This document shows positions 31,351 to 40,672 of a stretch of 64,000 bases of DNA, in pieces; positions within the stretch are counted from its first letter, which is position 1, and the number at the start of each line of letters is the position of its first letter. Location: assembly GCA_044356295.1 (NCBI GenBank), contig JBIKWN010000001.1, positions 61,434 through 125,433 on the forward strand, in the 5' to 3' direction. Position numbers and translations under genes: made by a program. Source of the stretch: Bdellovibrionota bacterium. Lineage in GTDB: Bacteria > Bdellovibrionota_C > UBA2361 > JBIKWN01. Under the pieces are notes generated by a model. That model ran no database searches and had not been told where the DNA came from. It was given only the letters and a program-made list of their open reading frames with translations.

Positions 31351-32307
31351 TTAAATCCGGCCAAGATAATCCGCAACCGAATCCTCAAGACTCGTAAACT
31401 CCTTCTTATACCCTGCACGCCGAAGCTTAGTCATATCAGCCTCTGTATAATCTTGATACTGACCAACAAGGCTCTGATGCATATCGATATACTGAATCGA
31501 TACCGGTTTATTTAAAACTTTAAAAGCAGCAGCAGCAAGATCGTTCCACGTTCTTGCTTTTCCAGAACCAAGATTAAAGATTCCATTTACTTTTGGTTTA
31601 TCAAGAAGCCAAAGCATGACATCAACGCAGTCTCTCACATAAATAAAATCTCGCATCTGTCCACCGTCTTGAAACTTTGGATTATTAGATTTGAAAAGTT
31701 TTATTTGTCCTGTGCCAAGGATCTGCTCATAGGCTTTTATAACCATTGAGCGCATATTTTCTTTATGAAATTCTTTTGGCCCAAAAACATTAAAAAACTT
31801 GAGCCCTACAATTTTACTTAGATGCTTATGCTTTAACGCCCATTGGTCAAAGAGGTGTTTTGAGTATCCATACATATTAAGGGGTCGCAGCGTATCAAGC
31901 TCTTTGTGCTCGTCAAGGTAGCCTTGCTCTCCCAATCCATAGGTTGCAGCACTACTTGCATAAATAAATCTTACATTAGATTTTATTGCAGCTTCGGCAA
32001 GTGAAATAGAATAGTGCACATTATTTTGCATCAAATAATCAGCATCAAGTTCAGTTGTTGCAGAGCAGGCGCCTAAGTGAAAAATTGCACCAACATCTTT
32101 TAGATAGTTTCGTTGACTGACCTTAGATAAAAAATCATTTTTATGGATAAAGTCTTCGAATGTTAAGCCTACAAGATTTTTCCATTTGGGTCCTGAACGA
32201 AGCGCATCAACAATAGTAATATTAGTAAAACCTTTTTGATTTAACCCCTCAACAAGGTTTGCACCAATAAAACCAGCTCCTCCTGTGACGATAATTCTTT
32301 TTTTCAT
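31351..32307 (-). CDS. hldD: ADP-L-glycero-D-manno-heptose-6-epimerase
   Basis: Near-collinear match to RfaD/HldD: 'IIVTGGAGFIGANLV', 'YASSAATYG', 'NVFGPKEFHK', 'NLGSGKARTW'. Confidence 0.85.
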   Translation of the reverse strand: MKKRIIVTGGAGFIGANLVEGLNQKGFTNITIVDALRSGPKWKNLVGLTFEDFIHKNDFLSKVSQRNYLKDVGAIFHLGACSATTELDADYLMQNNVHYSISLAEAAIKSNVRFIYASSAATYGLGEQGYLDEHKELDTLRPLNMYGYSKHLFDQWALKHKHLSKIVGLKFFNVFGPKEFHKENMRSMVIKAYEQILGTGQIKLFKSNNPKFQDGGQMRDFIYVRDCVDVMLWLLDKPKVNGIFNLGSGKARTWNDLAAAAFKVLNKPVSIQYIDMHQSLVGQYQDYTEADMTKLRRAGYKKEFTSLEDSVADYLGRI

Positions 32308-34289
32308 TGAGAAAGTACCCTTATCGATTTAATTGCCACTCCTAATCTTCGCTGGTCCGTAGAAAGTCCTTCACTTTCAGGACTTGAAAGTTTTGGAAGA
32401 GTAAGGAAAAAACCTTTTTCATCTTTTAGCTCTTGATACGGAAGTTTAACGACAATTTTTTCAAATTTATTAACTTCTTTTAAAGGTGGAAGGGCAACAT
32501 CGGCTAAAAAGTCTCTAAAAGAGGCAAAAAGCGGCAGATTCTCTTTCCAGGGGGTCATAAGTTCAATCTCAATAGTTGAGAATCCATTAATTCCTCCAAA
32601 GAAATGGTCATGAATAATATCTGGAATTGAGACTTTTGAAATTCTTGTTTGTAGCCAGCAATAAGGCTCACTTGCAGTTGAACATACAAATAAATCATCT
32701 TTCGCAGACAAGGGAACCTCTGAAATATCCTTACTTTCAGCCATAGCTCTTTTTTGATCGCTTGTTAAAAGATCTTTTGAGAGAGATACAACAAATAGCT
32801 TTGGATCGTGGACGATTCGAGCTCCTTTTTCTTGTGAGCCAAGAGTGAAAGAAACAGGATAATTCTTGGTAGCATCAGCAGTAGCAGTAATTAAATAATC
32901 AAATCCACGAAGCCTTGCAGCAGAAGCATCGGTAAGTGAAGGAACTTCTTCAAGCTTATTTTCAATCATACTAATCTTTGCAATTTGTAAGTCCTGTGAA
33001 ACTGCAATATTAGAAAGATGCTCTGATTTAATTTTTTCTATAACTTCAATTCTGCTCTCTGTTGAGGCATCTGCAGGACTTAAAACCCCTGAAACATACG
33101 GTGGAATAATAAATCCAATGCCAAGAATTCCAAGAAACAAGAATAAAATTTTTGAACGCTCTTGAGCCCAATGAAGTGTTATTCCAAAGAGGATGCTTAA
33201 ATAGGGAATCATCACGAGCATATTTCTAGTAAAATTTGCTTTCTGACTCGACATGAAAATCAAATAGATAATTGGAAAAACAAGAATGGTGGCTGCTGCT
33301 TTTTTATGCATTTTAAAAGAGCAAAGCACTCCGAGGGCTGCAAGTATTACGACACCCCATCCAAGCGCATTTTTAACAAACCAGTTGATAAAGAATAAGA
33401 ATTGGGAAAAGCCAGGGGTTCCTGAATTACCTTCATGTCCTGCAATTTTGTAGTGCCATATTTCGTATGCAAACTGATCAAGAAACAGAGGGAGATGTTT
33501 GAAAATAAAAGGAGACCCAATGAAGAAACTTATAATGCTCACAACGAAAGCAACTACGGCTCCGCCGATACCGATGGTGCTCGTTGAAAGAGCTGCAACG
33601 ATAGGAACTAAAATTATTGGAAGAGCATTATACTTTGTTGAAACAGTTAATCCTGCAACTATTGCTGCAATCAATAATCCTTTTGCTCCGTCTCTTGATT
33701 GAACACTAACAACGGAAAGAAGCGTCGTAAGAATCGCCAAAAATACAACAACAACATCAACACCAATGACGGCTGATTCGCTTACTAAAGCAGGAGACAG
33801 TGCACATGCAGCGCCTACAAAAAAACTAACGATAGGTGAAAGCTCTAAGGTGCGAGCAAGGATAAAGGTCAAAAGCACTGTAAGAACACTTAACAATACA
33901 GAGAAAGCCCTGTTCCATTTAACAATGCCAGGGTGGGACGCACTAAATGCATATTTCCCGACGCCATTTTCGCTTGTCGTAATAATTTCTTTTGTAGATC
34001 TTATTCTTCCCTTACTGACTTCGAATAAAAATGAAGTCGCAACAACCGGCATGCGAAGATAAAAATGGAGGGATGGTTTATGAAAGTACTCTGGGTCAAA
34101 GCTTCCGGATTTGACCATGTTTACTACTCGGTTGAAGTGGTGGGCTTCGTCCTCGTTATAAAAATAGGGGAGATCTTTTGAGATATATGGGGATCGTACC
34201 CAGGCTGCGACAAGGAGAAGTAGGAGTAGTGATATGGCTCTCATAATGTGGGTGAATAATACCGATCTCTCTCGAGCAAATATAGTCAC
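32304..34289 (-). CDS. Polytopic membrane glycosyltransferase, GT-C fold (ArnT/PMT-like, GT39/83)
   Basis: 661 aa. It has more than 10 transmembrane helices in the N-terminal half and a soluble C-terminal domain. Its start overlaps the hldD stop, so the two are probably co-transcribed. The family assignment is from architecture only. Confidence 0.5.
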   Translation of the reverse strand: MTIFARERSVLFTHIMRAISLLLLLLVAAWVRSPYISKDLPYFYNEDEAHHFNRVVNMVKSGSFDPEYFHKPSLHFYLRMPVVATSFLFEVSKGRIRSTKEIITTSENGVGKYAFSASHPGIVKWNRAFSVLLSVLTVLLTFILARTLELSPIVSFFVGAACALSPALVSESAVIGVDVVVVFLAILTTLLSVVSVQSRDGAKGLLIAAIVAGLTVSTKYNALPIILVPIVAALSTSTIGIGGAVVAFVVSIISFFIGSPFIFKHLPLFLDQFAYEIWHYKIAGHEGNSGTPGFSQFLFFINWFVKNALGWGVVILAALGVLCSFKMHKKAAATILVFPIIYLIFMSSQKANFTRNMLVMIPYLSILFGITLHWAQERSKILFLFLGILGIGFIIPPYVSGVLSPADASTESRIEVIEKIKSEHLSNIAVSQDLQIAKISMIENKLEEVPSLTDASAARLRGFDYLITATADATKNYPVSFTLGSQEKGARIVHDPKLFVVSLSKDLLTSDQKRAMAESKDISEVPLSAKDDLFVCSTASEPYCWLQTRISKVSIPDIIHDHFFGGINGFSTIEIELMTPWKENLPLFASFRDFLADVALPPLKEVNKFEKIVVKLPYQELKDEKGFFLTLPKLSSPESEGLSTDQRRLGVAIKSIRVLSQ

Positions 34290-34331
34290 AACTCAATGGG
34301 GTTAGTTTTAGCGATTTGTTTTATCCCGTGA

Positions 34332-34411
34332 ACGTGACCATGAGCGTAGGCGTGAGCGAAGATGCTTGGTCACGCTCACGCCTACGGTCAAGGTCACGGG
34401 ATAGTAATGGC
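34332..34411. repeat. GC-rich imperfect inverted repeat (long hairpin of about 80 nt)
   Basis: 'ATCCCGTGAACGTGACCATGAGCGTAGGCGTGAGCG' ... loop ... 'CGCTCACGCCTACGGTCAAGGTCACGGGAT'. There is a 14-bp perfect inner stem plus outer stems. It is strongly GC-rich relative to its surroundings and has no adjacent U-tract. Confidence 0.6.
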
Positions 34412-34432
34412 GGAGGAAAACTTAACCAGACT

Positions 34433-34666
34433 TTAAGCCAGGATATCTAACACGCTTTGGATCATCTCCTGACCTACCTGTAACACTTTTTGATTTGCCT
34501 TGACCTGTCGAAGATCCGATGAAAGCCCAACAATATCGACGATTACTGCATCATCCGAGGTTTCAGAATTAAAAAAAGACCCCGTTGAAATGCGAGAAGC
34601 CCTCTCAGAGGCGTTCTGCATGGCCTGATAGATCCCCCGAGCAGCAATTTCAGTCACTGATGACAT
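34433..34666 (-). CDS. Small hypothetical protein of 77 aa, possibly a YjfB-like putative motility protein
   Basis: The C-terminal 'LSSDLRQVKANQKVLQVGQEMIQSVLDIL' resembles the Q/V/L-rich YjfB family pattern. This is a weak assignment. Confidence 0.3.
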   Translation of the reverse strand: MSSVTEIAARGIYQAMQNASERASRISTGSFFNSETSDDAVIVDIVGLSSDLRQVKANQKVLQVGQEMIQSVLDILA

Positions 34667-34701
34667 GGATGAACCATCGTCTTTTAGTGTAGAATCCTTT
34701 T

Positions 34702-35328
34702 GTGGGTGTACCTCTTTTTTCTATAGTCGCAGCAATAATCCTAATTTCAGCGGGGGGCTCCCTCATAATTTTTCTTATAAAAAGTCTTTTTCAGGCTATT
34801 GGCGTCACTATTCCCAAGATGGCTCTGCCTAATATTAAGGAGCGACGACTTGAATCAATTCTTCAGAAAAGAATTAATGCTATTGAAGAACTGAGATCCT
34901 CAAAGGACTTCCTTATTCTTCCTGCTGATAAAATATTTAAGCCCTTTGATTTTATCGAGATCCAAACTCACCTTGAAGCTATTCCTCTACTTCTTAAAGT
35001 TCACCTTCTCTATTTCGAAACAGCCCTTGCCTATATTGAAGGAGGACATATCCACTGTGAACGACTTGGTGTTCTTGAAGCGCTTTTTAATGAAAAACAA
35101 TCACTGCTTGAAGCCATAATTGAAATTCTTCGCACAGAGAAAAAACTTCGCAATGCAAAGAACAGAGACCCCAATAACTGGGCGATGAAAGAAATTGAAA
35201 GACAAAAAAAAGAGCTTGAAGAATCACTGTTAAGTAATACAAAAGAGTTAAAAGATGAACTTCAGCTCTTCGTTCGAACTATTGAAGAAGTGATTAGAAA
35301 AAGTCACTCAGAAAAAGCAATTCATTAA
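34702..35328 (+). CDS. Hypothetical membrane-anchored coiled-coil protein
   Basis: 208 aa with an N-terminal transmembrane helix and a K/E-rich coiled-coil C-terminus. Its stop abuts the start of the following RluA-family gene (TAAATG). Confidence 0.45.
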   Translation: MGVPLFSIVAAIILISAGGSLIIFLIKSLFQAIGVTIPKMALPNIKERRLESILQKRINAIEELRSSKDFLILPADKIFKPFDFIEIQTHLEAIPLLLKVHLLYFETALAYIEGGHIHCERLGVLEALFNEKQSLLEAIIEILRTEKKLRNAKNRDPNNWAMKEIERQKKELEESLLSNTKELKDELQLFVRTIEEVIRKSHSEKAIH

Positions 35329-36039
35329 ATGGATACGCAAGAGTCAGTTTGTGTAATCAGCGAATCAAACGATTATCTATTTTTATATAAGCCAACTGGT
35401 GTTCACTCTATTGAGGGAAAAAATTCAGAAAGTGTTGCATCGTGGCTAAAAGAGCATTTTCCTCAATACGCTACTTTTGGAAGATCCGAGGGGGACTGTG
35501 GATTAGTACAAAGGCTTGATTTTGAAACTGCAGGAATCATCACGGCTGCAAAAAATAATTCTGCTCGAGAAAAATTTATTGAAGTAACAGAAAAAGATTT
35601 ATTAGAGAAAAAATATTTATTTTTATCACATTTCTTACGCCGTGAAAGCTGGGAATGCCACGAAGCTATCGGGCAACAATCACGAGGATCTAAGAGAGTA
35701 AAAACAACCTCTCAACATAATGATTTAAGAGGTATCCAAGAGGCATCGACAAAATTTAGGCTCCTTGGCGCTAAAAAAATTGCACTCTATGAAGCAAGGA
35801 TTACTGCTGGAAGAAGGCATCAAATAAGAGTTCATGCTGAAGCATCAGGAACACCACTCATTAACGATACTCTCTATGGAGGGGCGCTCAATGAAACAAT
35901 CTCTAAAAATTTCTTTCTTTTTTCATATCAATTAACTTCAAAAACTTTAGGAATTAACCTGCTCTATTTGCCCCCAATAACCTCTGCATTCTTCCTTATG
36001 CTGAGTCAGAATGACTTGAGCTCATCTCTTCCAGATTGA
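35329..36039 (+). CDS. RluA-family pseudouridine synthase
   Basis: Catalytic motif 'LVQRLDFETAGII' (the HRLD-type motif with the Asp) and 'RRHQIRVH'. Confidence 0.75.
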   Translation: MDTQESVCVISESNDYLFLYKPTGVHSIEGKNSESVASWLKEHFPQYATFGRSEGDCGLVQRLDFETAGIITAAKNNSAREKFIEVTEKDLLEKKYLFLSHFLRRESWECHEAIGQQSRGSKRVKTTSQHNDLRGIQEASTKFRLLGAKKIALYEARITAGRRHQIRVHAEASGTPLINDTLYGGALNETISKNFFLFSYQLTSKTLGINLLYLPPITSAFFLMLSQNDLSSSLPD

Positions 36040-36169
36040 GTTGAGTACTCATTCTAGAAATTTCGATTTTAGTGGATCCTCACTCTCGAAGTGCTACAAA
36101 TAGGCTTTGAAGCGTCTTTGTAGTTTAGAAGTTTTTTTAATATTTCTTTTTAACTAAGGAACAAACATT

Positions 36170-36640
36170 ATGAGCATTAACACTTCAGTCAGAAGTATGC
36201 TTTCACAGAAAACAGTTCAAGGGATTAAAACAATCTCTTCTGGAGCCTCAGTATTCGAAGCTATTTCGCTTATGACACGACATAATATCGGAGCACTATT
36301 TGTCGTCGAAGAATCTAAGCTTTTAGGAGTAATCTCCGAACGAGACTACACACGAAAGGTTATCTTAAAACAAAGATCTTCACAGACTACTAAAGTCGTT
36401 GAAATAATGGAAAAGAAGATTCTCATTGTTCATCCAACAGATAATGCAGACACGTGCTTAAGCATCATGACTGAAAACCGCATACGACACCTGCCAGTCG
36501 TTGAACATGGAAAGATTCTCGGTGTAGTTTCAATGGGTGATATTGTAAAAGCTATTATAGAAGACCAAACTTTTATGATTGAAGAGCTTACCCGTTACGT
36601 TACAGGTACTAACTACTCAGAATTTCCTACTTCTTTGTAG
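36170..36640 (+). CDS. CBS-domain pair protein
   Basis: Two CBS repeats are evident ('NIGALFVVEESKLLGVISERD', 'RHLPVVEHGKILGVVSMGDI'). 156 aa. Confidence 0.8.
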   Translation: MSINTSVRSMLSQKTVQGIKTISSGASVFEAISLMTRHNIGALFVVEESKLLGVISERDYTRKVILKQRSSQTTKVVEIMEKKILIVHPTDNADTCLSIMTENRIRHLPVVEHGKILGVVSMGDIVKAIIEDQTFMIEELTRYVTGTNYSEFPTSL

Positions 36641-38259
36641 CCTATAGCGTCGAGCACTGCAGTAATCGCTGTTGAAGCGTTACGTGATTTAGTCACAAAG
36701 GATCTCTTTTTTTCGTTACCCTTAGCTGCGTTAGAAAGATAAAACTCACCAATTTTCTTTGTGGTAATAGTATATGTACCCTTTGTCGTTTGTACTATTT
36801 TTTCTAAGGATATTTCTTGAAGATCATATGTCTCAACAAGAACTTTAGGAAAGGTTTCTTCAAATCTCTCGACAAGACTATCGATAGTTTGAATGGATAG
36901 AGTCCCATCTCTAAATCCTTTATGTTTCATTAATGATTGCAAAAAAGATATGTTAGTCTCTATGCCAGATATTTTTACTAATGAAAGGTAAGAAACTGCC
37001 ATATCAAGAGTTTCTAATCTATTTTTTCCAGTAAAAATAATTTTTCCAATCATTGCATCGTAGTACGGCGAAACTGAATCACCTTCTTTAAATCCAAAAT
37101 CGATTCGGACATTTTTTTGTTTAGGTAAAAAAAGTTCTTTAATATCTCCTAAGCTTGGTATAAATCCAGGAAGGCTTTCAGCATAAATCCTACACTCTAC
37201 TGCATAGGCAGAGGGGGCTTTCTTTAAAAAAGCTTTCGGTATTTTTTCACCATTAGCAACTTTCAATTGCAAGTCCACAAGATCCACACTATATGCAATC
37301 TCTGTTACTGGATGTTCTACCTGTATCCTTGTATTGATCTCTAAAAAGAAAAACTCATCTCCTTTTACAATAAATTCAGCAGTGCCTGCGTTTTTATATT
37401 TTGCACTCTTTGCAATGGTAACAGCTGCTTTTTCAATTCGGCGCCTTAAAGAACTTGATAAAAACGGAGCTGGTGCTTCTTCTATAATTTTTTGATATCT
37501 GCGTTGTGCTGAGCAGTCTCTTGTTCCGAAATGAATAACGTTTCCAAAGCTATCTCCAAAAAGCTGTACTTCTACATGTCTTGGCTTTTCAATATATCTT
37601 TCGATAAATACATCAGGATTTGAAAAAAACTTTTGAGCTTCCGCTCTCGTTCTAGCTAGCTCAGCCGGAAGGCTTTGTAAGTCTTTGACAATCCTCATTC
37701 CTCTTCCACCACCGCCAGCTGTAGCTTTTATAAGAATTGGAAACTTCATCTTTTTAGCTTCTCGGGTAAGCTCTTCATTACTGAGAGCCCCCTTAGTGCC
37801 TGGTACAATCGGTACTCTACATTTTTTAGCAAGTGCTCTGGCATTTGTTTTAGAGCCAAGCATTTCTATTACCTTAGAATCTGGTCCAATCCAGACTAAT
37901 CCTGCATCAACAACTGCTTTAGCAAACTCTGCGTTTTCAGAGAGAAATCCATATCCAGGATGGATTGCATCACACTCCTTTGATTTAGCAGCGGCTATCA
38001 ATTTTTCAATTGATAGATAGGTATCTGAGGCTTTTTGCCCTTCCAAAAGGACAGATTCTTCAAAAGCCCTCGAAAAACTCTGGTCTTGATCAGCTTCAGA
38101 GCAAACCCCAACAGCTTTAATGCCTTGTTTCTCACATGCCCTCTTTATTCTAAGAGCTATTTCCCCTCTGTTTGCGATGAGTAGTTTAGTTATTTTATGA
38201 TGGGTGGGTATCTTTTTGTTACTGGCAATACGCCCTTTATTTTTTTTCATATGGCTCAA
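36613..38259 (-). CDS. Biotin carboxylase-type ATP-grasp enzyme (AccC-like) with a C-terminal extension of about 100 aa
   Basis: 'KLLIANRGEIALRIKRACEKQGIKAVGV' plus ATP-grasp motifs. The annotated start overlaps the divergent trxB start, so the true start is probably internal (for example near 'ITKLLIANRGE'). Confidence 0.75.
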   Translation of the reverse strand: MSHMKKNKGRIASNKKIPTHHKITKLLIANRGEIALRIKRACEKQGIKAVGVCSEADQDQSFSRAFEESVLLEGQKASDTYLSIEKLIAAAKSKECDAIHPGYGFLSENAEFAKAVVDAGLVWIGPDSKVIEMLGSKTNARALAKKCRVPIVPGTKGALSNEELTREAKKMKFPILIKATAGGGGRGMRIVKDLQSLPAELARTRAEAQKFFSNPDVFIERYIEKPRHVEVQLFGDSFGNVIHFGTRDCSAQRRYQKIIEEAPAPFLSSSLRRRIEKAAVTIAKSAKYKNAGTAEFIVKGDEFFFLEINTRIQVEHPVTEIAYSVDLVDLQLKVANGEKIPKAFLKKAPSAYAVECRIYAESLPGFIPSLGDIKELFLPKQKNVRIDFGFKEGDSVSPYYDAMIGKIIFTGKNRLETLDMAVSYLSLVKISGIETNISFLQSLMKHKGFRDGTLSIQTIDSLVERFEETFPKVLVETYDLQEISLEKIVQTTKGTYTITTKKIGEFYLSNAAKGNEKKRSFVTKSRNASTAITAVLDAIGYKEVGNSE

Positions 38260-39195
38260 TCAACAGAACACCACAAAGTAATTATTTTAGGTTCAGGCCC
38301 TGCAGGACTTACTGCAGCAATTTATACAGCAAGAGCTGCATTAAGCCCAATGCTAATTCATGGCCCACTGCCTGGAGGGCAGCTTACCACGACTACGGAA
38401 GTTGAAAACTTTCCTGGTTTCCCTGAAGGTATTATGGGTCCTGAGCTCATGGAGTTATTTGAAAAACAAGCTGCTCGTTTTGGAACAAAAATTGAAGTAG
38501 GCATGGTTGAGTCAGTTGATTTATCAAACAGACCTTTTACATTAAAAACTTCTTCAAAATCTTTTACCTGTGATGCTTTGATTATTGCAACTGGTGCAAC
38601 TCCTAAATGGTTAGGACTTCCAAATGAGAAAGAACTCACTGGTTTTGGAGTTTCTAGCTGTGCAACATGTGATGGTGCTTTTTTTAGAAATCAACCAATG
38701 GCTGTAATTGGAGGAGGAGACTCTGCATGTGAAGAAGCGCTTTTTCTTTCTAGGTTTGGAAGTAAAATTTATCTTGTGCATAGAAGAGACCAACTTCGTG
38801 CATCAAAAATTATGCAGGAACGCGTCTTAAATCATGAAAAAATTACTGTGATTTGGGATAGTGGAGTTTCGGAAATTCACGGAACAAAGGAATCTGGTGT
38901 TACAGGGCTTTCTTTGCAGAATTTAAAAACAAATGAAATATCTAAAATTGATTGTGCTGCAATGTTTGTAGCAATTGGACATATTCCTAATGCAACACTC
39001 TTTAAGGGAATTCTAGACGCTGATGAGAACGGTTATTTAAAACCTAAGCCAAACTCAACTTCTATGAATATCCCAGGTGTTTTTGCTTGCGGAGATGTGC
39101 AGGATTCAACGTATCGCCAAGCAATTACTGCCGCAGGGTCTGGATGTATGGCAGCTATTGAATCTGAAAGATGGCTTGAAGCTCAGCATAAGTAA
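38251..39195 (+). CDS. trxB: Thioredoxin-disulfide reductase
   Basis: 'VIILGSGPAGLTAAIY', the redox-active 'CATCDG' motif, and a second NAD(P)-binding 'GGGDSA' motif. Start taken at 'MAQSTEHHKV'. Confidence 0.9.
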   Translation: MAQSTEHHKVIILGSGPAGLTAAIYTARAALSPMLIHGPLPGGQLTTTTEVENFPGFPEGIMGPELMELFEKQAARFGTKIEVGMVESVDLSNRPFTLKTSSKSFTCDALIIATGATPKWLGLPNEKELTGFGVSSCATCDGAFFRNQPMAVIGGGDSACEEALFLSRFGSKIYLVHRRDQLRASKIMQERVLNHEKITVIWDSGVSEIHGTKESGVTGLSLQNLKTNEISKIDCAAMFVAIGHIPNATLFKGILDADENGYLKPKPNSTSMNIPGVFACGDVQDSTYRQAITAAGSGCMAAIESERWLEAQHK

Positions 39196-39204
39196 ATAAA
39201 CTTT

Positions 39205-39576
39205 ATGCCGCACATAGTTTTAGAAGTCTCAAAAAACACCTCTATTGAATCGTCTGCCAAAGAGCTTCTTGTTTCCGTTCATAATACGCTCGTAGCAACT
39301 GGCGCTTTTAAATCGAAAGATATTAAAAGCAGATTGTATGTAAGCGAACATTGCCTCGTTGGAGATGGATCTGACCAGATTGGTTTTGCACATATGTCAG
39401 TTTCAATACTTCCAGGAAGAGAGCTTACACTTATCAAAGACACTTCTGAAAAGCTTTTATCTCTGCTTAAAACTACAATAGAGAAGCTTCATCCAGAAAA
39501 ATTAGAACAATTTGCTCTCTCAGTTGAGTTTAGAGAGCTTCACAAAGAAACTTACTCAAAAATTGTGAAACAGTAA
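39205..39576 (+). CDS. 5-carboxymethyl-2-hydroxymuconate isomerase (HpcD/CHMI) family protein
   Basis: 'MPHIVLEVSKN...' is collinear with the E. coli HpcD pattern 'MPHFIVECSDN...AHMSV/VHMTL...LHP'. 123 aa. Confidence 0.7.
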   Translation: MPHIVLEVSKNTSIESSAKELLVSVHNTLVATGAFKSKDIKSRLYVSEHCLVGDGSDQIGFAHMSVSILPGRELTLIKDTSEKLLSLLKTTIEKLHPEKLEQFALSVEFRELHKETYSKIVKQ

Positions 39577-39616
39577 CGGCTTCTTTAAGAGCTCTTTAGT
39601 TGCTATCCTAAACAGG

Positions 39617-40081
39617 ATGAATGCACTTCCTCTTCTCAATAGAATTGCGGCTCTTTTTTTCAAATATAAATTTGAAGCTGTCATGATAGGAAACGCAGGT
39701 GCTGCACTTCACGGAGCACCTGTTACCACCCTTGATATTGATTTCATGTTTAGAGCAACGCCTGCAAATCTTTTGAAATTAAAAAAAATAGCAAAAGACC
39801 TAGATGCTGTAATATTTCGACCTTACTACCCAGCCTCTCAGCTTTTTAGATTAGAAGGGGGGCCATTAAATGTACAACTTGATTTTATGCCCATTATTCA
39901 TGGAGTTAAAAGTTTTGCTGGGCTTCGTTCGCGAGCAATAGAGATGAAAATAGGAACTCAAGTTTTATTAATTGCAGACCTTAAAGATATTATTAAGAGT
40001 AAAAAGTCTGCAAATCGCCCTCAAGATAAAGTTTCTTTACCAATTCTTGAAAAGGTACTACGTGAAAAAGAAAGAAAGTAA
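39617..40081 (+). CDS. Minimal nucleotidyltransferase-fold protein (AbiEii/MNT-like motif)
   Basis: 'IGNAGAALHGAPVTTLDIDFMF' fits the Pol-beta-type nucleotidyltransferase motif G[GS]x(9-13)D[ILV]D. 154 aa. No partner gene was identified. Confidence 0.35.
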   Translation: MNALPLLNRIAALFFKYKFEAVMIGNAGAALHGAPVTTLDIDFMFRATPANLLKLKKIAKDLDAVIFRPYYPASQLFRLEGGPLNVQLDFMPIIHGVKSFAGLRSRAIEMKIGTQVLLIADLKDIIKSKKSANRPQDKVSLPILEKVLREKERK

Positions 40082-40248
40082 GGGAAAAGCTCTTAAAAGA
40101 AAAAAAGAGCTTCAAGCATTAAAGAATGGAACAGAAGAACTTTTGCTCAGACAAATTCGCTACCTCTTATCCCTTCCAATGAATAAAAGAACTCATTTTC
40201 TACGCGTAAGGCACCCTAATCGCGGCAGCCATCTTTAAAAATAAAAAA

Positions 40249-40275
40249 ACCACCTCTTTCAAGGTGGTTTAAAAT
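40249..40275. terminator. Bidirectional rho-independent terminator (mainly for atpE, minus strand)
   Basis: Stem 'ACCACCT'/'AGGTGGT' with loop 'CTTTCA'. It is flanked by A7 upstream (which is U7 for the minus-strand transcript) and by 'TTTAAAATT' downstream. Confidence 0.6.
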
Positions 40276-40309
40276 TCTAGAAAGAAAAACTTCTTCTTTC
40301 TTCGAAAAA

Positions 40310-40624
40310 TTACATTTTACCAACAAGGCTGAATGCAATAACGAACGCTAAAATTACAAGCGACTCGATAAATGCAAGACCAAGAAGCATTGGAGTAAAA
40401 AGATTTCCTGAAGCTGTTGGGTTTCTTCCGATTGCTTCTAGTGCTGACGAAAGAGCTTTACCTTGTCCAAGAGTACCACCAAGTGCTGCAAGTCCGATTG
40501 CTGCTGCTGCTCCGATTGGAAGTAGGTAGCTACCTGCTTCTGTGCCTTCTGCAAATGCAAACGCAGGTGTACATGCAACTGCTAAAAGAGCGATAAGCTT
40601 AAGGGTTTTGTTTAATCGATTCAT
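40310..40624 (-). CDS. atpE: F0F1 ATP synthase subunit c
   Basis: Hairpin of two transmembrane helices with 'GLAALGGTLGQGK...AFIESLVILAFV' and the conserved carboxylate (E) in helix 2. Confidence 0.85.
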   Translation of the reverse strand: MNRLNKTLKLIALLAVACTPAFAFAEGTEAGSYLLPIGAAAAIGLAALGGTLGQGKALSSALEAIGRNPTASGNLFTPMLLGLAFIESLVILAFVIAFSLVGKM

Positions 40625-40672
40625 GAATGTATCTCCAATATATAAAATCTAACTAATGGTTAAAATCACCAC

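Noticed and set aside
36090-36145. An inverted repeat 'CTACAAA...TTTGTAG' followed by a T-run downstream of the RluA-family gene.
   Set aside because: The loop is 16 nt and the stem only 7 bp, making it a marginal terminator candidate. It is not reported as a feature.
39972-40238. An 88-aa K/R-rich ORF overlapping the 3' end of the nucleotidyltransferase-fold gene.
   Set aside because: It overlaps a better-supported ORF, has a low-complexity basic composition and lacks an SD. It is kept only as a note under the NTase finding.
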